Positions 11,100 to 23,320 of a stretch of 64,000 bases of DNA are shown one piece after another. Both the position numbers and the translations under genes were made by a program. Numbering within the stretch: position 1 is the stretch's first letter; the number at the start of each line of letters is the position of its first letter. The notes beneath the pieces are model-generated. The model made no database searches and was not told where the DNA came from. It saw only the letters and a list, made by a program, of their open reading frames with translations. Origin of the DNA: Chiloscyllium plagiosum (taxonomy: Eukaryota); assembly GCF_004010195.1 (NCBI RefSeq), contig NC_057719.1, forward strand, positions 53,439,282 to 53,503,281, in the 5' to 3' direction.

Positions 11100-12530
11100 G
11101 TTGCTAAAGGTTTTGCCCCAGGTTGTCTGGACTGAAGGAAGGGAGATGATCTTGATCTTCCTCAGGGATGACACCGAGACATTCTCAGAAAGCCTGGGTT
11201 GAGATTGCAGAGGAAATCAGTGCCCATGACCAGCAAAGAACACAGACATGGTGCAGAAAGAGGATGGAGAATAACTTCACGGTGCGGCATGGTGGCTCAG
11301 TGGTTAGCATTGCTGCCTCAAAGCACCAGGCACCCGGGTTTGATTCCAACTTCAGGCGACTGTCTGTGTGGAGTTTGCACATGCTCCCAGTGGGTTTCCT
11401 CTGGGTGCTCCGGTTTCCTCCCACAGTCCAAAGATGTGCAGGTTAGGTGAATTGGCCATGCTAAATTGCCCATAGTATTCTGGGAAGTGTAGGTTAGGTG
11501 CAGTTGTCAGGGGTAAAGTTAGGATAATAGGGTAGGAGAATGGATTTGGGCGGTTTACTCTTCGGAGGGTCAGTGTGGACTTGTTGGGCTGCAGGGCCTG
11601 TTTCCACACTGTAGGGATTCTATGGTTCTGTAGGGATTCAATCTTTACAATGATAAGTGTCACCACCTTCTCACTGCGAGCGGACATTCAAACACGCAGC
11701 AGTCATTCTAACTTTTCCACTGCAAATGCCAGCATCATGTCTATCAAAAACATTTTTCTTTTAAAAAAATACAGGATCACACCAACCTTATATTGCCTGC
11801 ATCCTAACACTGAGTCTAGGGTTTTCAGCTCACTTACTGGAGAGGATCCATCACTTCACATGGCTACGCACCTACTCAAATCAAATATTTCCTTCTGTCT
11901 CATTGCAGGAGAAGCTGCCCTAAAACAACAAAAGGAGGGGGCCCAGACTGGCCAATGGGCAGTGGATTGCCATATCCTCACTCCCCAGAGAACCAGGCAT
12001 CAAAGCTGCTAGCTGAGGACCCTTTCTAGTTCCATGCAGAAGTCAGCGAAGGACATTGTCTGCTCTTCTCTGGCATGCAGCTACTTTCTCATATTTGTAT
12101 ACACGTTGGATTGTGACACCTTCACCAGCTAGTTCTTTTACTTTTTCTTTCAGAGATCTGAGTGGTCAACAATAGACAGCCAAGCACAGGATGCCACAGA
12201 TTTAGCCAGCAGTAGCAGCACCATACTCAGATGGAGATTGTAATAAAAACTTAGGAGGCCTTGGAATGATGGCCACGTGCACAGACATAGACATTCACCT
12301 TGGCATGTCTCCCTGAATATAGCCTAATTTACCTGGTGAACGCAGCACTGGCAATTTTACACAGTCAGTGGAGAAAGACACATCCAGGCTCTGATGCTCA
12401 GAAGGCTGCTGGAGGCCATGCAACTGCTGAGCCACATTCAGAAAAGAAACATCCTCGGTATCAACCACAATTGACATGTCAGCCTGCAGAGGCAAGCATG
12501 GGAAGATCAAGACATAATGTTGGAGACCCT
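11100..12530 (+). pseudogene. Harbinger/PIF-type Myb/SANT gene remnant with intron-like structure, interrupted by a SINE
   Basis: QKAWVEIAEEISAHDQQRTQTWCRKRM fits the Myb/SANT pattern AW.EIA..VSA....RT...CRK; acceptor TCTCATTGCAG (about 11908) precedes EKL...AQTG....HILTP; second acceptor TTTTCTTTCAG about 12153. Confidence 0.6.
11281..11639 (+). mobile_element. HE1-type tRNA-derived SINE
   Basis: GGTGGCTCAGTGGTTAGC A box, GGTTTGATTCC B box, core GGTTTCCTCCCACAGTCCAAAGATGTGCAGG, CR1-like tail GGGCCTGTTTCCACACTGTAGGGATTCT. Confidence 0.93.
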
Positions 12531-12846
12531 CCCTAGACTGGAGCAAATGATAATACTAGAGGGCATGCGTCTAAGGTAAGAGGTGAAAGTTCAAAGGAGA
12601 TGTGAGGGGCAAGTGTCTTTACACAGAGAGATAGGTACTTGGAATGCGCTGCCAGAGGTAGTGGTGGAAGCAGATACAATTGGGGCATTTAAGGGACTTT
12701 TAGATAAGAAATCAGAGCATGACTCATACACTTGATGGTACAGTCCTAGGGAGTGTTGCTAACAAAGAGACCTTGGAGTAAAGGTTCATAGCTCCTTGAA
12801 AGTAGAATCATAGCTAGATCGGATAGTGATGAAAGTATTTGGTATG
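12530..12846 (+). mobile_element. Two short CR1 ORF2 3' fragments
   Basis: ACTAGAGGGCAT...TGGAATGCGCTGCCAGAGG and CCTAGGGAGTGTTGC...AGAGACCTTGGAG match other CR1 copies in the window. Confidence 0.85.
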
Positions 12847-13712
12847 GAAGGGGAGGGAGGTGTCTGAGATGGTCCATGTGAGAGCACATTTGTCGAGTCA
12901 TTGGAACAGTTCATCTTCCGCAGTTACCCCAACATCATCCCCCACCTGTTCCTCCGCTACATCAATGACTGTATCAGCGCCACCTCATGCTCCCATGAGG
13001 AGGTTGAACAGTTCATCAACTTCACCAACACCTTCCTCCTTGACCTCAAATTCACCTGGACCATCTGGGACATCTCCCTCACCTTCCTGGACCTCTCCAT
13101 CACTGTCTCCAGCAACCATGTAACCACAGACATCTATTACAAGCCCACTGACTCCCACAGCTATCTAGACTACACATCTTCCTACCCTACCTCCTGTAAG
13201 AACGCCATTGCTTCTTCCCAATTCCTCTGCCTCCACCGCATCTGTGCCCAGGATGACCAATTCCACCTCAGAAAGTTCCAAATGGCCTCCTTCTTTCATG
13301 ATCACAACATCCCTTCCCACATGTTTGACGATGCCCTCCAGTGCATCTCCTCCACTTCACGCACCACTGCCCTTGAATCCCGCCCCTCCCAAAGCAACAA
13401 GGATAGAACCCCCTTGGTCCTCACCTTCCATCCCATCAACCTCCACATACATTGCATCATCCTCTGCCACTTCTGCCACTTCCAAACGGATCCCATGACC
13501 AGATATATTTCCCTCCCCACCCCTATCAGCGTTCCAGACAGACCATTCCCTCCGCGAATCCCTCGTCAGGTCCACGCCCCCACCAGACCACACCCCACTC
13601 CAGGCACCTTTCCCTGCCACCACAGGAAGTGAAAAATCTGTGCCCACACCACTCCCTTTACCTCCATCCAATGCCCCAAGGGATCCTTCCACATCCACCA
13701 GAAATTTACCAA
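12846..13712 (+). mobile_element. Penelope-like element fragment (RT C-half, linker, start of Cys motif) with short 5' inversion
   Basis: ORF 12901-13632: FLRYINDC (YIDD variant), FLDL, DIYYKPTDSHSYLDY, RIC, RTPLVLTFHP, GTFPC. 12846-12882 is an inverted copy of about 13051-13090. Confidence 0.9.
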
Positions 13713-14021
13713 TGTCAGAAGAGACATGTAATAGACTTGAACTGTCATCCTGATGGTCTGAAATCTTGAACTGAATTTACTCTTGAACTAAATGTATTTA
13801 ACATCTTGCATTTCTTTCTCACAAACCTTGTTGCATGTTTCATCTTTATTGCTGTTGGTACAGTCCCTGCTATAGTTTGCAATTTGTTTTCTTTACAGTA
13901 TCTTGGATCTTTGCATATTGTTTGTCTCTTCTTTGTGCTGCTTTCCGTGAGTTGTATGCACCACATCTTCAATTTATGTCATTAGAATGTTTGTTGTTAT
14001 CATTCCTCATAGCATTTCAGA

Positions 14022-15006
14022 CTGTGCCGCCAGGATCGGTGCTGGGTCCACTGCTTTTTGTCATTTATATGTATGATTTGGATGTGAATATAGCAGGTAT
14101 AGTTAGCACTATTGCAGATGACACCAAAATTGGAGGTGTAGTGGACAGCAAAGAAATTTACCTCCAATTACGATGGGACCTTGATCAACTGGGCCATTGG
14201 GCAGATGGAGTTTAAGTTAGATAAATGCAAGCTGTTTCATTTTGCAAGGCAAATCAGGGCAGGACTTAAACACTTAATTGTAAGGTCTTGGGGAGTGTTG
14301 CTGAATAAAGAGACCTTAGAGTGCAGATTCATAGTTCCTTGAAAATGGAGTTGCAGATAGATAGGATAGTGAAGGCAGCATTTTGTATGCTTGCCTTTAT
14401 TGGTCAGTCCATTGAGTATAGGAGTTGGCAGGTCGTGTTGTGGCTGTACAGGACATTGGTTAGAACATTGGAATACTGTGTTCAGTTCTGGTCTCCCTGC
14501 TGTAGGAAGGCTGTTGTGAAACTTGAAAGGGTTAATAAAAACTTTACAAAGATGTTGCAAGGGTTGGAGGATATGAGCCAAAGGGAGAGGCTGAGGCTAT
14601 TTTCCCTGGAGCATCAGAGGCTGAGGGGTGACCTTGTAGAAGTTTTATAAAATCATGAGGGGCATGGGTAGAATGAATAGTCAAGGTCTTTCCCCCAGAT
14701 TAAGGGAGTGCAAAACTGGAGGGCTTAGATTTAAGGTGAGAGAAGAAAAATTTAAAATGGATCTAAGGGGCAGATTTTCACGCAGAGGGTGGTGCATGTA
14801 TGGAATGAGCTTCCAGAGGAAGTGGTGAAGGCTGGTACAATTATAAATACATAAAAGCTATGTTCACATTTACACAACTACAGAGTTCAAAGGGATATGG
14901 GTCAAATGCTGGCAAATGGGACTAGATTAATTTCGGATAACTGGTCAGCATGAACAAGTTGGATTGAAGAGTCTGTTTCTGTGCTGTACAACTTCATGAC
15001 TCTAAG
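14022..15006 (+). mobile_element. CR1 LINE 3' fragment
   Basis: [15 protein letters not shown]...IADDTKIGG, LEYCVQFWSP, RLRGDL; ends in CR1 3'UTR GTGCTGTAC...ATGACTCTA. Confidence 0.95.
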
Positions 15007-15399
15007 TCTACCATCTTCTACCAACAAACTACTCATGTTTCAAGTCCAAATGGAGAGCACGCTGAAACCTCTACATTATCTGATTTTTGTAAAGTCTAGG
15101 ATCTGGGGTGAAACGTGGTTGTGGTATATGTAAATATATAAACAAGTGAAAGAAAATATAACTATGGGGGAAAGTGACTGAGGAGGTAAAGTATACCAGT
15201 CTGTGAAGATGTCACAGGGGCTTGATCAAAGTAAAGAAGGTGACAGACCTGGGGCTAATGTGCTTTGAACAGGATTGGTAGGAATATAGGTCATGTTCAA
15301 GTAACTTTTAAAATAGATGATTAAATGCAATAAGCTTTGTATTATATAGTCAGCAAGACTGTTCTCGTTGGACCAGAAAACTGATCTCACATCCACATT

Positions 15400-16150
15400 G
15401 GATCACATGAGGTTTGAAGGAACCCATTCACGTCATTGGAGTTCTGTTTCACTAAAGGAGGTATTTTCTGAAATCTGTCACCTGCTCCTGCCACCACTGA
15501 CATGTCAGTGTAGGGCGAAGACAACATGGCCAATGGCTGCGAAGACAGCGAGGAACTTTTATACTCCATCCAGCCTGGAACAGGCAAAACTTCCAAACTT
15601 TCCAGTTTCCCATCCACTACTGTAAAAAGGGGTTGGTAGATGCTTTGTATTCCAACAGATGAATATGCTTGTGAACTTCAGTCACACTTTCCAGATCGGA
15701 AAGAGAATGTAAGCATTTGGCTGTGCAATGATTGCAGGCTTTTTGGTAATGCAGAATACCATTAGCTGTACAAGCATTGCTTGACATGTGTTGGATGACA
15801 ACACTGAGGTTGACCATGACTAAATAGTTACCACTTATTCATTGCCCAGCTGGTGTACAACCATGTGCAATATATCATTAGGAAATGGTCAGTATCCTGG
15901 CAGTAGTCATAACTTATTCATTCTGTACAAAGTGTAATTTGTATTTGAGCCACCAAGATAAAGCAGATGCTGGTAACATGGTTGATGTAATAGTTCATAA
16001 CTCCTCTGTATGCCCCATGCACACGTCTAACCAGCACAGACTGACTTGGAATAATGTAAGTTGGCTTGAAAAGCATGCTAACCTCAATTTTGTGCTTTCT
16101 GCTCAAGCATTAATTAATAGAGGCTGTGTGCTGCACTCAATTAAATAAAC
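15400..16150 (+). pseudogene. Harbinger/PIF (HARBI1-like DDE) transposase remnant
   Basis: Ordered decayed motifs KEVFSEICHLL, ARNFY, SQFPIHYC...DALY, AGF..MQNTISCTSIA (cf. AGFP.VQGAIDCTHV), QLV.NH, YPGSSHN.FIL (cf. YPGS.HD.FIL), TWLM and a C.LH-like end; many frameshifts. Confidence 0.7.
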
Positions 16151-16461
16151 AGCTTGTCGGGCACAAGCATCAGAAGCATGAGGTAATCCAGCATTGCAAT
16201 TCTTAAGTCTTACCTCGGGATCTGCCCAATTTCACAGTCAGTCAGTGCAGTTTGTGAAACTTGAAAAGTTGGTGAGACCATAAATTTCACTCAAGCCATG
16301 TAATACTTTCTGGAAATGGTATCATAATGCAAGGCCATAATTAAGCTGACATGAAAAATCTTTTATAGGTAGGACGTTCTTATGCAAGAAGTATGAATAT
16401 ATAGGATTCATGACAGACTTCTGAAACACTGTTTTCATTCCACAAAAGTAAGTGTCTTTTT

Positions 16462-16784
16462 GGCGGCACGGTGGCACGATGGTTAGCACTGCTGCCTCAC
16501 AGCGCCAGAGACCCGGGTTCAATTCCCGCCTCAGGCGACTGACTGTGTGGAGTTTGCACGTTCTCCCAGTGTCTGCGTGGGTTTCCTCCGGGTGCTCCGG
16601 TTTCCTCCCACAATCCAAAGATGTGCAGGTCAGGTGAATTGGCCATGCTAAATTGCCCATAGTGTTAGGTAAGGGGTAAATGTAGGGGTATGGGTGGGTT
16701 ACGCTTCAGCGGGGGGGTGTGGCCTTGTTGGGCCGAAGGGCCTGTTTACACACTGTAATGTAATCTAATCTAATCAAATCTAAT
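16462..16784 (+). mobile_element. HE1-type tRNA-derived SINE, young CpG-retaining copy
   Basis: GGCGGCACGGTGGCACGATGGTTAGC...CCCGGGTTCAATTCCCG; CR1-like tail GGCCGAAGGGCCTGTT; (TAATC)n end. Confidence 0.95.
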
Positions 16785-16983
16785 TACCACAAATTGAGAA
16801 CTGCCAAGGGAGTTAGTTAGCTTCATAATTAAAATATGACATTGTTCTGAATTCAAAGAAAACTTAATCTTAAGCCACATTTTCAAAATTAAAACAGACA
16901 TGTTTTGTTATTTCAAAAAAAAAAATCCAGCCCATCAGAATTATCCCAAGAAAACAATTTTAACCTTATATAAAAGTTCTTAA

Positions 16984-19708
16984 TCAGAGTAAGGCAAATT
17001 TTAATGGTATGAGACAAGAACTTTCAAAAGTTGATTGGAATGGACTGTTTGTAGGTAAAGGGACAACTGGCAAGTGGGATGCTTTTAATAGTGTGATAAA
17101 TAGAGAAATTGTGTTCCTGTTAGAGAGAAAGGTAATCCTGATTAGGGAAAGATTAGGGAAAAGCGGATGAATAAAGAAAGAGATTCTCATCAAGAACAAA
17201 AAAAATTCATATTAGATATAGACAACTGGGATCAAATGAATCTTTTGAAGAGTATGAAGAGTGGAAATCAGGAAGCCAAAGAGGGAATAGGTGATAAACT
17301 TGGCAGATAATCCTAAGAGAATCTCTAAGTACCTTAAGAGCAAAAGAGCAACTGGAGAGAGAGAGCGCGAGAGAGAAGGGCCCCTGAAAGAAAAAGAAGA
17401 TCATTTTTGTGTTGCACCTCAGGAGATGGGAAAAATATTGAATGAATGTTTTGCATTAATTTTTACCGTGGAGAAAGAATTGGAGGCTAGAGAACTCAGG
17501 GAAATGAATAGTAATGTTTTGAAAACAGTTTATATTAAGGAAGTAGAAGTGCTGGAAGTTTTAGAAAATATAAAGATAAATTCTGGGACCTGACCAAAAG
17601 AATCCGAAGAAGTTTTGGGAAGTTAGGGAGGAGATCGCGGATCTCCTAGCGAAAATATTGGTATCACTTATAATAACATGTGAGGTGCCAGAGGATGAGG
17701 GAGTGACTAATGTTGTGTCCTTATTTAAGAAAGGATGTAAGGAGAAGCCTGGGAACTATAAACCCATCAGCCTGACTTCGGGGGGTGTGAGTAAATTGTT
17801 GGAGGTGATTCTAAAAGATAGGATTTACATGAATTTGGAAATGCAAGGAATGATTAGGAATAGCATGGTTTTGTGTGAGGGAAATTATATCTCTCAAACT
17901 TGATTATGTTTTTGATTAAGTTACCAAAACGATTGATAAGGGCAGAACACTTTAGTAAAGCCTTTGATATGATTCTGCATCATAGACCAAATAATAAAAT
18001 TAAATCAGGTGGGATTCAGGGTGAGCTTGCCAATTGGATACAAGATTGGCTATACGGCAGGAGAGAGAAGGTGGTGGTGGTGTGTTTTGGACTGGAGGTC
18101 TGTGGCGAGAGATGTGTTTTGCAGGGATTGGTGCTGGGTCCACTTTTGTTTGTCATTTATATAAATGATTTAGATGCAAATATAGGAAGCATGGTTAGTA
18201 CGTTTGCAAATGAAACCAAATTGGTTGTATAGTGGACAGTTTTTATGAAGTTGAAGGCATGTACTTTTAGGAGAGTGTGAATGCTGTTCTGCATTGAGAG
18301 CTTATAAGCACCTGTGTTTATGACTGGAGAATAGTCTCAGGGTATACTGGAAAATTGAAAATATTGAACATTTGTGTGAAATGGATACTGAGTTGGTTGC
18401 TATTTTGACAACAACTCAAATTTAATCAGTTTAATTTATGCCCTGGGATTCTAAAACTAAATTGATCCAATGAGGCAATACGATTTGTAAATATCAAAAA
18501 GGCAGGCATTTTGAAAATCACAGTGCAAGTGCCATTGAGACAGACCCAATAAATTTGGAACACTCTCTATGAAAGGTATCTTTTCATGTGAAACATGTTT
18601 GCAGTAAAAAGAAAGACGACAACCCAGGGAGATCTTCAGCCAGAAGAAGCAAGACACCGAAGGTTTGAGCCTCTGTATGGTTTTGAAATTAAGTTGATGT
18701 AATTTTAACAAGTGTTTTTTTGGAACTGTATATTGTTATAGAGTTGGAGGCAGGTAATAAGCAGTTAAGAGAAAGGGAAACTTAGAGTAGTGAATAGTTG
18801 TTATTTAATGTTCACTTTTAGAGTTAAAGAATAAATTGATATTATTTTCTTTAAAGAGTGGGATTTGGGAGTTCTGTCACTCATACTTTAACAGATTATG
18901 AGGCAAAGTGAACTTTTCTGGGTGTTTAGTTTAATTAACAGAAAGGCTCACTGCTGTGTTGTAACAGTGAAGGAGGTTATCTAAGGTAAAAAAAGAGATC
19001 TTGATTGATTGGGTCAATGGACAGAAGACTGGCAATTGGAGTTTAATTTGGATAAATGTGAGGTTTGTATTTTGGTAAAACAAAAGGCAGGACTGAAACA
19101 ATTAATGGTAAGACACAGGGTAGTATTGTCGAACAGACAAACCCTGGAGATTCAGGTATATAATTCTTTGAAGGTTGTGTCAGAGGTAGACAGGGTGGTT
19201 GCCCTGTTATAGGCAGGACTTTGTTAAAGTGTAGTGGGTTCAGAAAAGATTCACCAGGCTGTTGCCAGGAATGGAGGGTTTGAGTTATAAAAATAGGTTG
19301 GCTAGGCTGGGACTTCTTTCACTGGAGCATACGAGGTTGAGGGGTGACCTTCTAGAGGTTTATAAAGTCATGAGGGTTATAGATAAGGTGATTAACAAAG
19401 CTCTTTTCTCGAAGATGGGGATTGAAAACTAGGGGGCATATTTTTAAGGTGAGAGAAGAACAGTTTTAAAAAAGGACATGAGGGTCAACTTTTTTCTTTT
19501 TACATAGTGATTAGTGTATGGAATTAATTGCCAGAAGTGCTAGATGCAAGTACAGTTAAGTTTAAAAATAGTACATGAATAGGTAAGGTTTGTAGGGATA
19601 TGGGCCAAATATAGGCACTTGGGACTAGTTTAGTTTGGGAACATTATTTAGCATGGACTCATTGGACCAGAGTGTCTGTTTCCATACTGTATGACTAGGA
19701 CTCTGTAA
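16984..19708 (+). mobile_element. CR1 LINE (older, decayed ORF2 + 3'UTR) interrupted by a solo LTR
   Basis: ORFs 17291, 17658 (LFKKG.KEKPGNYKPISL), 17900 ([17 protein letters not shown]) and 19009 (WQLEFNLDKC); tail CTGTATGACT. Confidence 0.93.
18241..18966 (+). mobile_element. Probable solo LTR
   Basis: Splits the CR1 at GTGGACAGT|GAAGGAGG; starts (T)TTTATGAAG and ends GTGTTGTAACA, like 33522-34467; internal AATAAA; TSD not cleanly preserved. Confidence 0.7.
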
Positions 19709-20313
19709 CTGGACCATGTTAGTCTCTTTACACAACAGAATGTGTTCAATGTTAAAACTTCAGCGACTGTTTCTTTTTCCATGTACCCAGAAAAAAAAAA
19801 ATCTGCACTAACATAATAAATATTACTTTAGCAACCATTCCACAAGCAACCATTTTACTGGATAAATGGCCCAATTAAATATCTCCAAAGTCATACTCAT
19901 GACAACAACTAAAAATAAGCTATTTTCTCCATCTGCTTGAAAGAATGGTTATGTTGTAGCACCAGTCACACATCATACATCCTCCATCTGAATTCAAGTT
20001 GTTTTAATGTTATAACATTTATTGCTGTTATGTAATATTAAAAATTAAAAGCTACAATTCCAAGCAGTTTACCACAAATGGGTCGTTTGACATAATAACT
20101 CGATGAATCTGGCTTTATTCCATGACCTCAAGGCAGGTTGAGATTTAGTTTCCCAGGAACTTGTCTTGAATTAAAATTTTTATCAGCTTCTTCACTTGTC
20201 ATAGCCTCCAGTCGTGATCACCCCTTTATCATGACATCACATGTGATCTTCCAGTCCCATTGTGTACTGATAAGGTCAAATCACTTCTTATCACTCAATT
20301 GCTTGAATTGATG

Positions 20314-20491
20314 AAAAAAAATCAAAGAATTGCAGAATCAGAAACAAAAACAAAAATTGCTGGAAAGGTTCAGCAGGTCTGGCAGCATCTGTGGAAAGAA
20401 ATCAGTTAACCTTTCCAATCCAGTGACCCTTCATCTGAACTACAGATCTTCAGTCACTGGACCTGAAATATTAACTCTGATTTCTGTTTTT
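20314..20491. mobile_element. Degenerate palindromic Penelope-end mini-element (family of 44522-44789)
   Basis: AATTGCTGGAAAGGTTCAGCAGGTCTGGCAGCATCTGTGG...CCAGTGACCCTTC followed by inverted GTCACTGGACCTGAAATATTAACTCTGATTTC. Confidence 0.7.
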
Positions 20492-21873
20492 GTACTTGAA
20501 CTGAGTTTTTTTTTGACAATCCAGAAGTTACGGTTCAGACAAGTAGCACCCCTTTCTCAAAACTTGAATACTTCAGGTTGAAGTGCTAACCCAGGATGTA
20601 ATGAACACAAAGGGAACATCCATGATGAAGTCAAACAGTTCATAATCACCCTGTGAATCCTTCCAGCATGTAATCACTGTTTCATAAAGAGAAAAGATAT
20701 GCTGAACAAACAAAAAGAATTTTTAAAGTAATGAAACTGCTTTATGATTTTCATTAAATGGTTGTGACATTAAAAGAATGCTAACTTATGCAATTGAAAT
20801 CCTGATAATTATCAGTGGTATACATCTGAAAATAGGTGACTAGTTATATTACTTGCCTTCTTAAAAGATTCATGAACTGTAGCATAATACGTTTCCAAAT
20901 AGAAGAAAGCAATAAATATAACAGCAGAGTACATGTTACATTCATTTGTGCCTGTTCTTTGATGATTCAACCTACTATGAAGCACAGATAGACTAATGGT
21001 GCATCATCTATCATGTCGCAAATGGTGTTATGGTTTGCAAAATTATGTATTCTCTATATTATTGATCAATTATGAGCAGAATATCACATATTATTTCAAC
21101 TGAATGAACTAAACTGCTCCAAAATTTATGACTCTGTTTTCAGGAGCATGTCCACAAATTTTGTATTAACTGTGAATGAAGTGATTTTTTAATACTGCAT
21201 GACATTGGATTTAAATCCTCTGGAGTTTTATTTGAAGTAATTCCAGAGCTCAACCAAACCAAATAAAGCCAGTCATAAATAATGAGGTGATTTTTAATGT
21301 TAAGATAATTTTTCATTTGTTATTTATTTAACACTTGATCAGTTTTAGTTGTTATAAAAGTGACTAATATACCTACTTATGAAGATTAAAATACTGGCTT
21401 TTGTAATTAGAATGTTCTTCAGAAAGGTCACCTCCTGCTACTACACTGATTGCTGTAGAATTTTTAAAAAAACTAATATAGATTTAGAGGTTGGTGGTCG
21501 TTATATTTAATTTTCTGTAAAATAATAGAATAATGTCTGCTTCTGCAGATAAATCATTTTGAGAAATCAGCTCAGAAGTGCAATTGTATAAATCAGAAAA
21601 TAAATCTTATACTACCAGGTTATTTTACAATGATATTTACACCATTATTACTTTGAAACACATATATTTCTTTAAAATAATTTTTTTTAACTTCAGGTAG
21701 CAAGCTTATTGGACCAATAGGAGAATAAGAGATGGAAATGTGTTGCTGGAAAAGCGCAGCAGGTCAGGCAGCATCTAGGGAACAGGAGAATCGACGTTTC
21801 GGGCATTAGCCCTTCTTCAGGAATGAGGAAAGTTGGTCCAGCAGGTTAAGATAAAAGGTAGGGAGGAGGGACT

Positions 21874-22712
21874 NNNNNNNNNNNNNNNNNNNNNNNNNNN
21901 NNNNNNNNNNNNNNNNNNNNNNNNNNNNNNNNNNNNNNNNNNNNNNNNNNNNNNNNNNNNNNNNNNNNNNNNNNNNNNNNNNNNNNNNNNNNNNNNNNNN
22001 NNNNNNNNNNNNNNNNNNNNNNNNNNNNNNNNNNNNNNNNNNNNNNNNNNNNNNNNNNNNNNNNNNNNNNNNNNNNNNNNNNNNNNNNNNNNNNNNNNNN
22101 NNNNNNNNNNNNNNNNNNNNNNNNNNNNNNNNNNNNNNNNNNNNNNNNNNNNNNNNNNNNNNNNNNNNNNNNNNNNNNNNNNNNNNNNNNNNNNNNNNNN
22201 NNNNNNNNNNNNNNNNNNNNNNNNNNNNNNNNNNNNNNNNNNNNNNNNNNNNNNNNNNNNNNNNNNNNNNNNNNNNNNNNNNNNNNNNNNNNNNNNNNNN
22301 NNNNNNNNNNNNNNNNNNNNNNNNNNNNNNNNNNNNNNNNNNNNNNNNNNNNNNNNNNNNNNNNNNNNNNNNNNNNNNNNNNNNNNNNNNNNNNNNNNNN
22401 NNNNNNNNNNNNNNNNNNNNNNNNNNNNNNNNNNNNNNNNNNNNNNNNNNNNNNNNNNNNNNNNNNNNNNNNNNNNNNNNNNNNNNNNNNNNNNNNNNNN
22501 NNNNNNNNNNNNNNNNNNNNNNNNNNNNNNNNNNNNNNNNNNNNNNNNNNNNNNNNNNNNNNNNNNNNNNNNNNNNNNNNNNNNNNNNNNNNNNNNNNNN
22601 NNNNNNNNNNNNNNNNNNNNNNNNNNNNNNNNNNNNNNNNNNNNNNNNNNNNNNNNNNNNNNNNNNNNNNNNNNNNNNNNNNNNNNNNNNNNNNNNNNNN
22701 NNNNNNNNNNNN
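21874..22712. other. Assembly gap (N run)
   Basis: Run of N. Confidence 1.
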
Positions 22713-23292
22713 TGACCTGCTGCGCTTTTCCAGCAACACATTTCCATCTATAAAATAGCATCACACTGATATATGGAAAATTTCAACAGAAACAAAATTA
22801 CACCTGCAACTGGGATATTACAATGTCTCTGAAGTATTATTTTATCTTAAGTCATCTAGTTAAGATCATGCAAAGGATTGGACAGCTCCAAGTGTCTAAT
22901 TTTCACCATGGTTAGTGAGTGTGACCAATGTTTCCAGCACTGGTAATCTTGGATATGATTGCTCCGTACTTGAGACTTGGCAATGAGTAATTACTTGCTG
23001 GAAAAGTGCAGCAGGTCAGGCAGCATCTAGGGAACAGGAGAATCGACGTTTCGGGCATTAGCCCTTCTTCAGGAATGAGGAAAGTTGGTCCAGTAGGCTA
23101 AGATAAAAGATAGGGAGGAGGGACTTGGGGGAGGGGCGTCGGAAATGTGATAGGTGGAAAGAGGTCAAGGTGACAGTCTGACCTATCACCCTCACCTTGA
23201 CCTCTTTCCACCTATCACATTTCCGACGCCCCTCCCCCAAGTCCCTCCTCCCTATCTTTTATCTTAGCCTGCTGGACCAACTTTCCTCATTC

Positions 23293-23320
23293 CTGAAGAA
23301 GGGCTAATGCCCGAAACGTC
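23293..23320 (+). ncRNA. Minimal type-I hammerhead-ribozyme-like motif in a PLE end (also on minus strand at about 23045-23072 and 21792-21819)
   Basis: CTGAAGA-A-GGGC-TAAT-GCCC-GAAA-C-GTC: CUGANGA, 4-bp stem II, GAAA, palindromic ACGU stem III and GUC triplet. Stem I pairing is weak. Confidence 0.65.

Noticed and set aside
12901..13632. 243-aa RT ORF as an active or domesticated gene
   Set aside because: Truncated at both ends, catalytic YIDD altered to YIND, frameshifted, lacks GIY-YIG.
16462..16540. tRNA-like A/B boxes as tRNA genes (also about 2100, 10660, 11285, 34140, 41775, 42750)
   Set aside because: They run into SINE or LINE bodies and do not form a full cloverleaf; they are retroposon heads.
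21806..22764. ORFs of about 300 aa
   Set aside because: They span the N gap; not real coding sequence.
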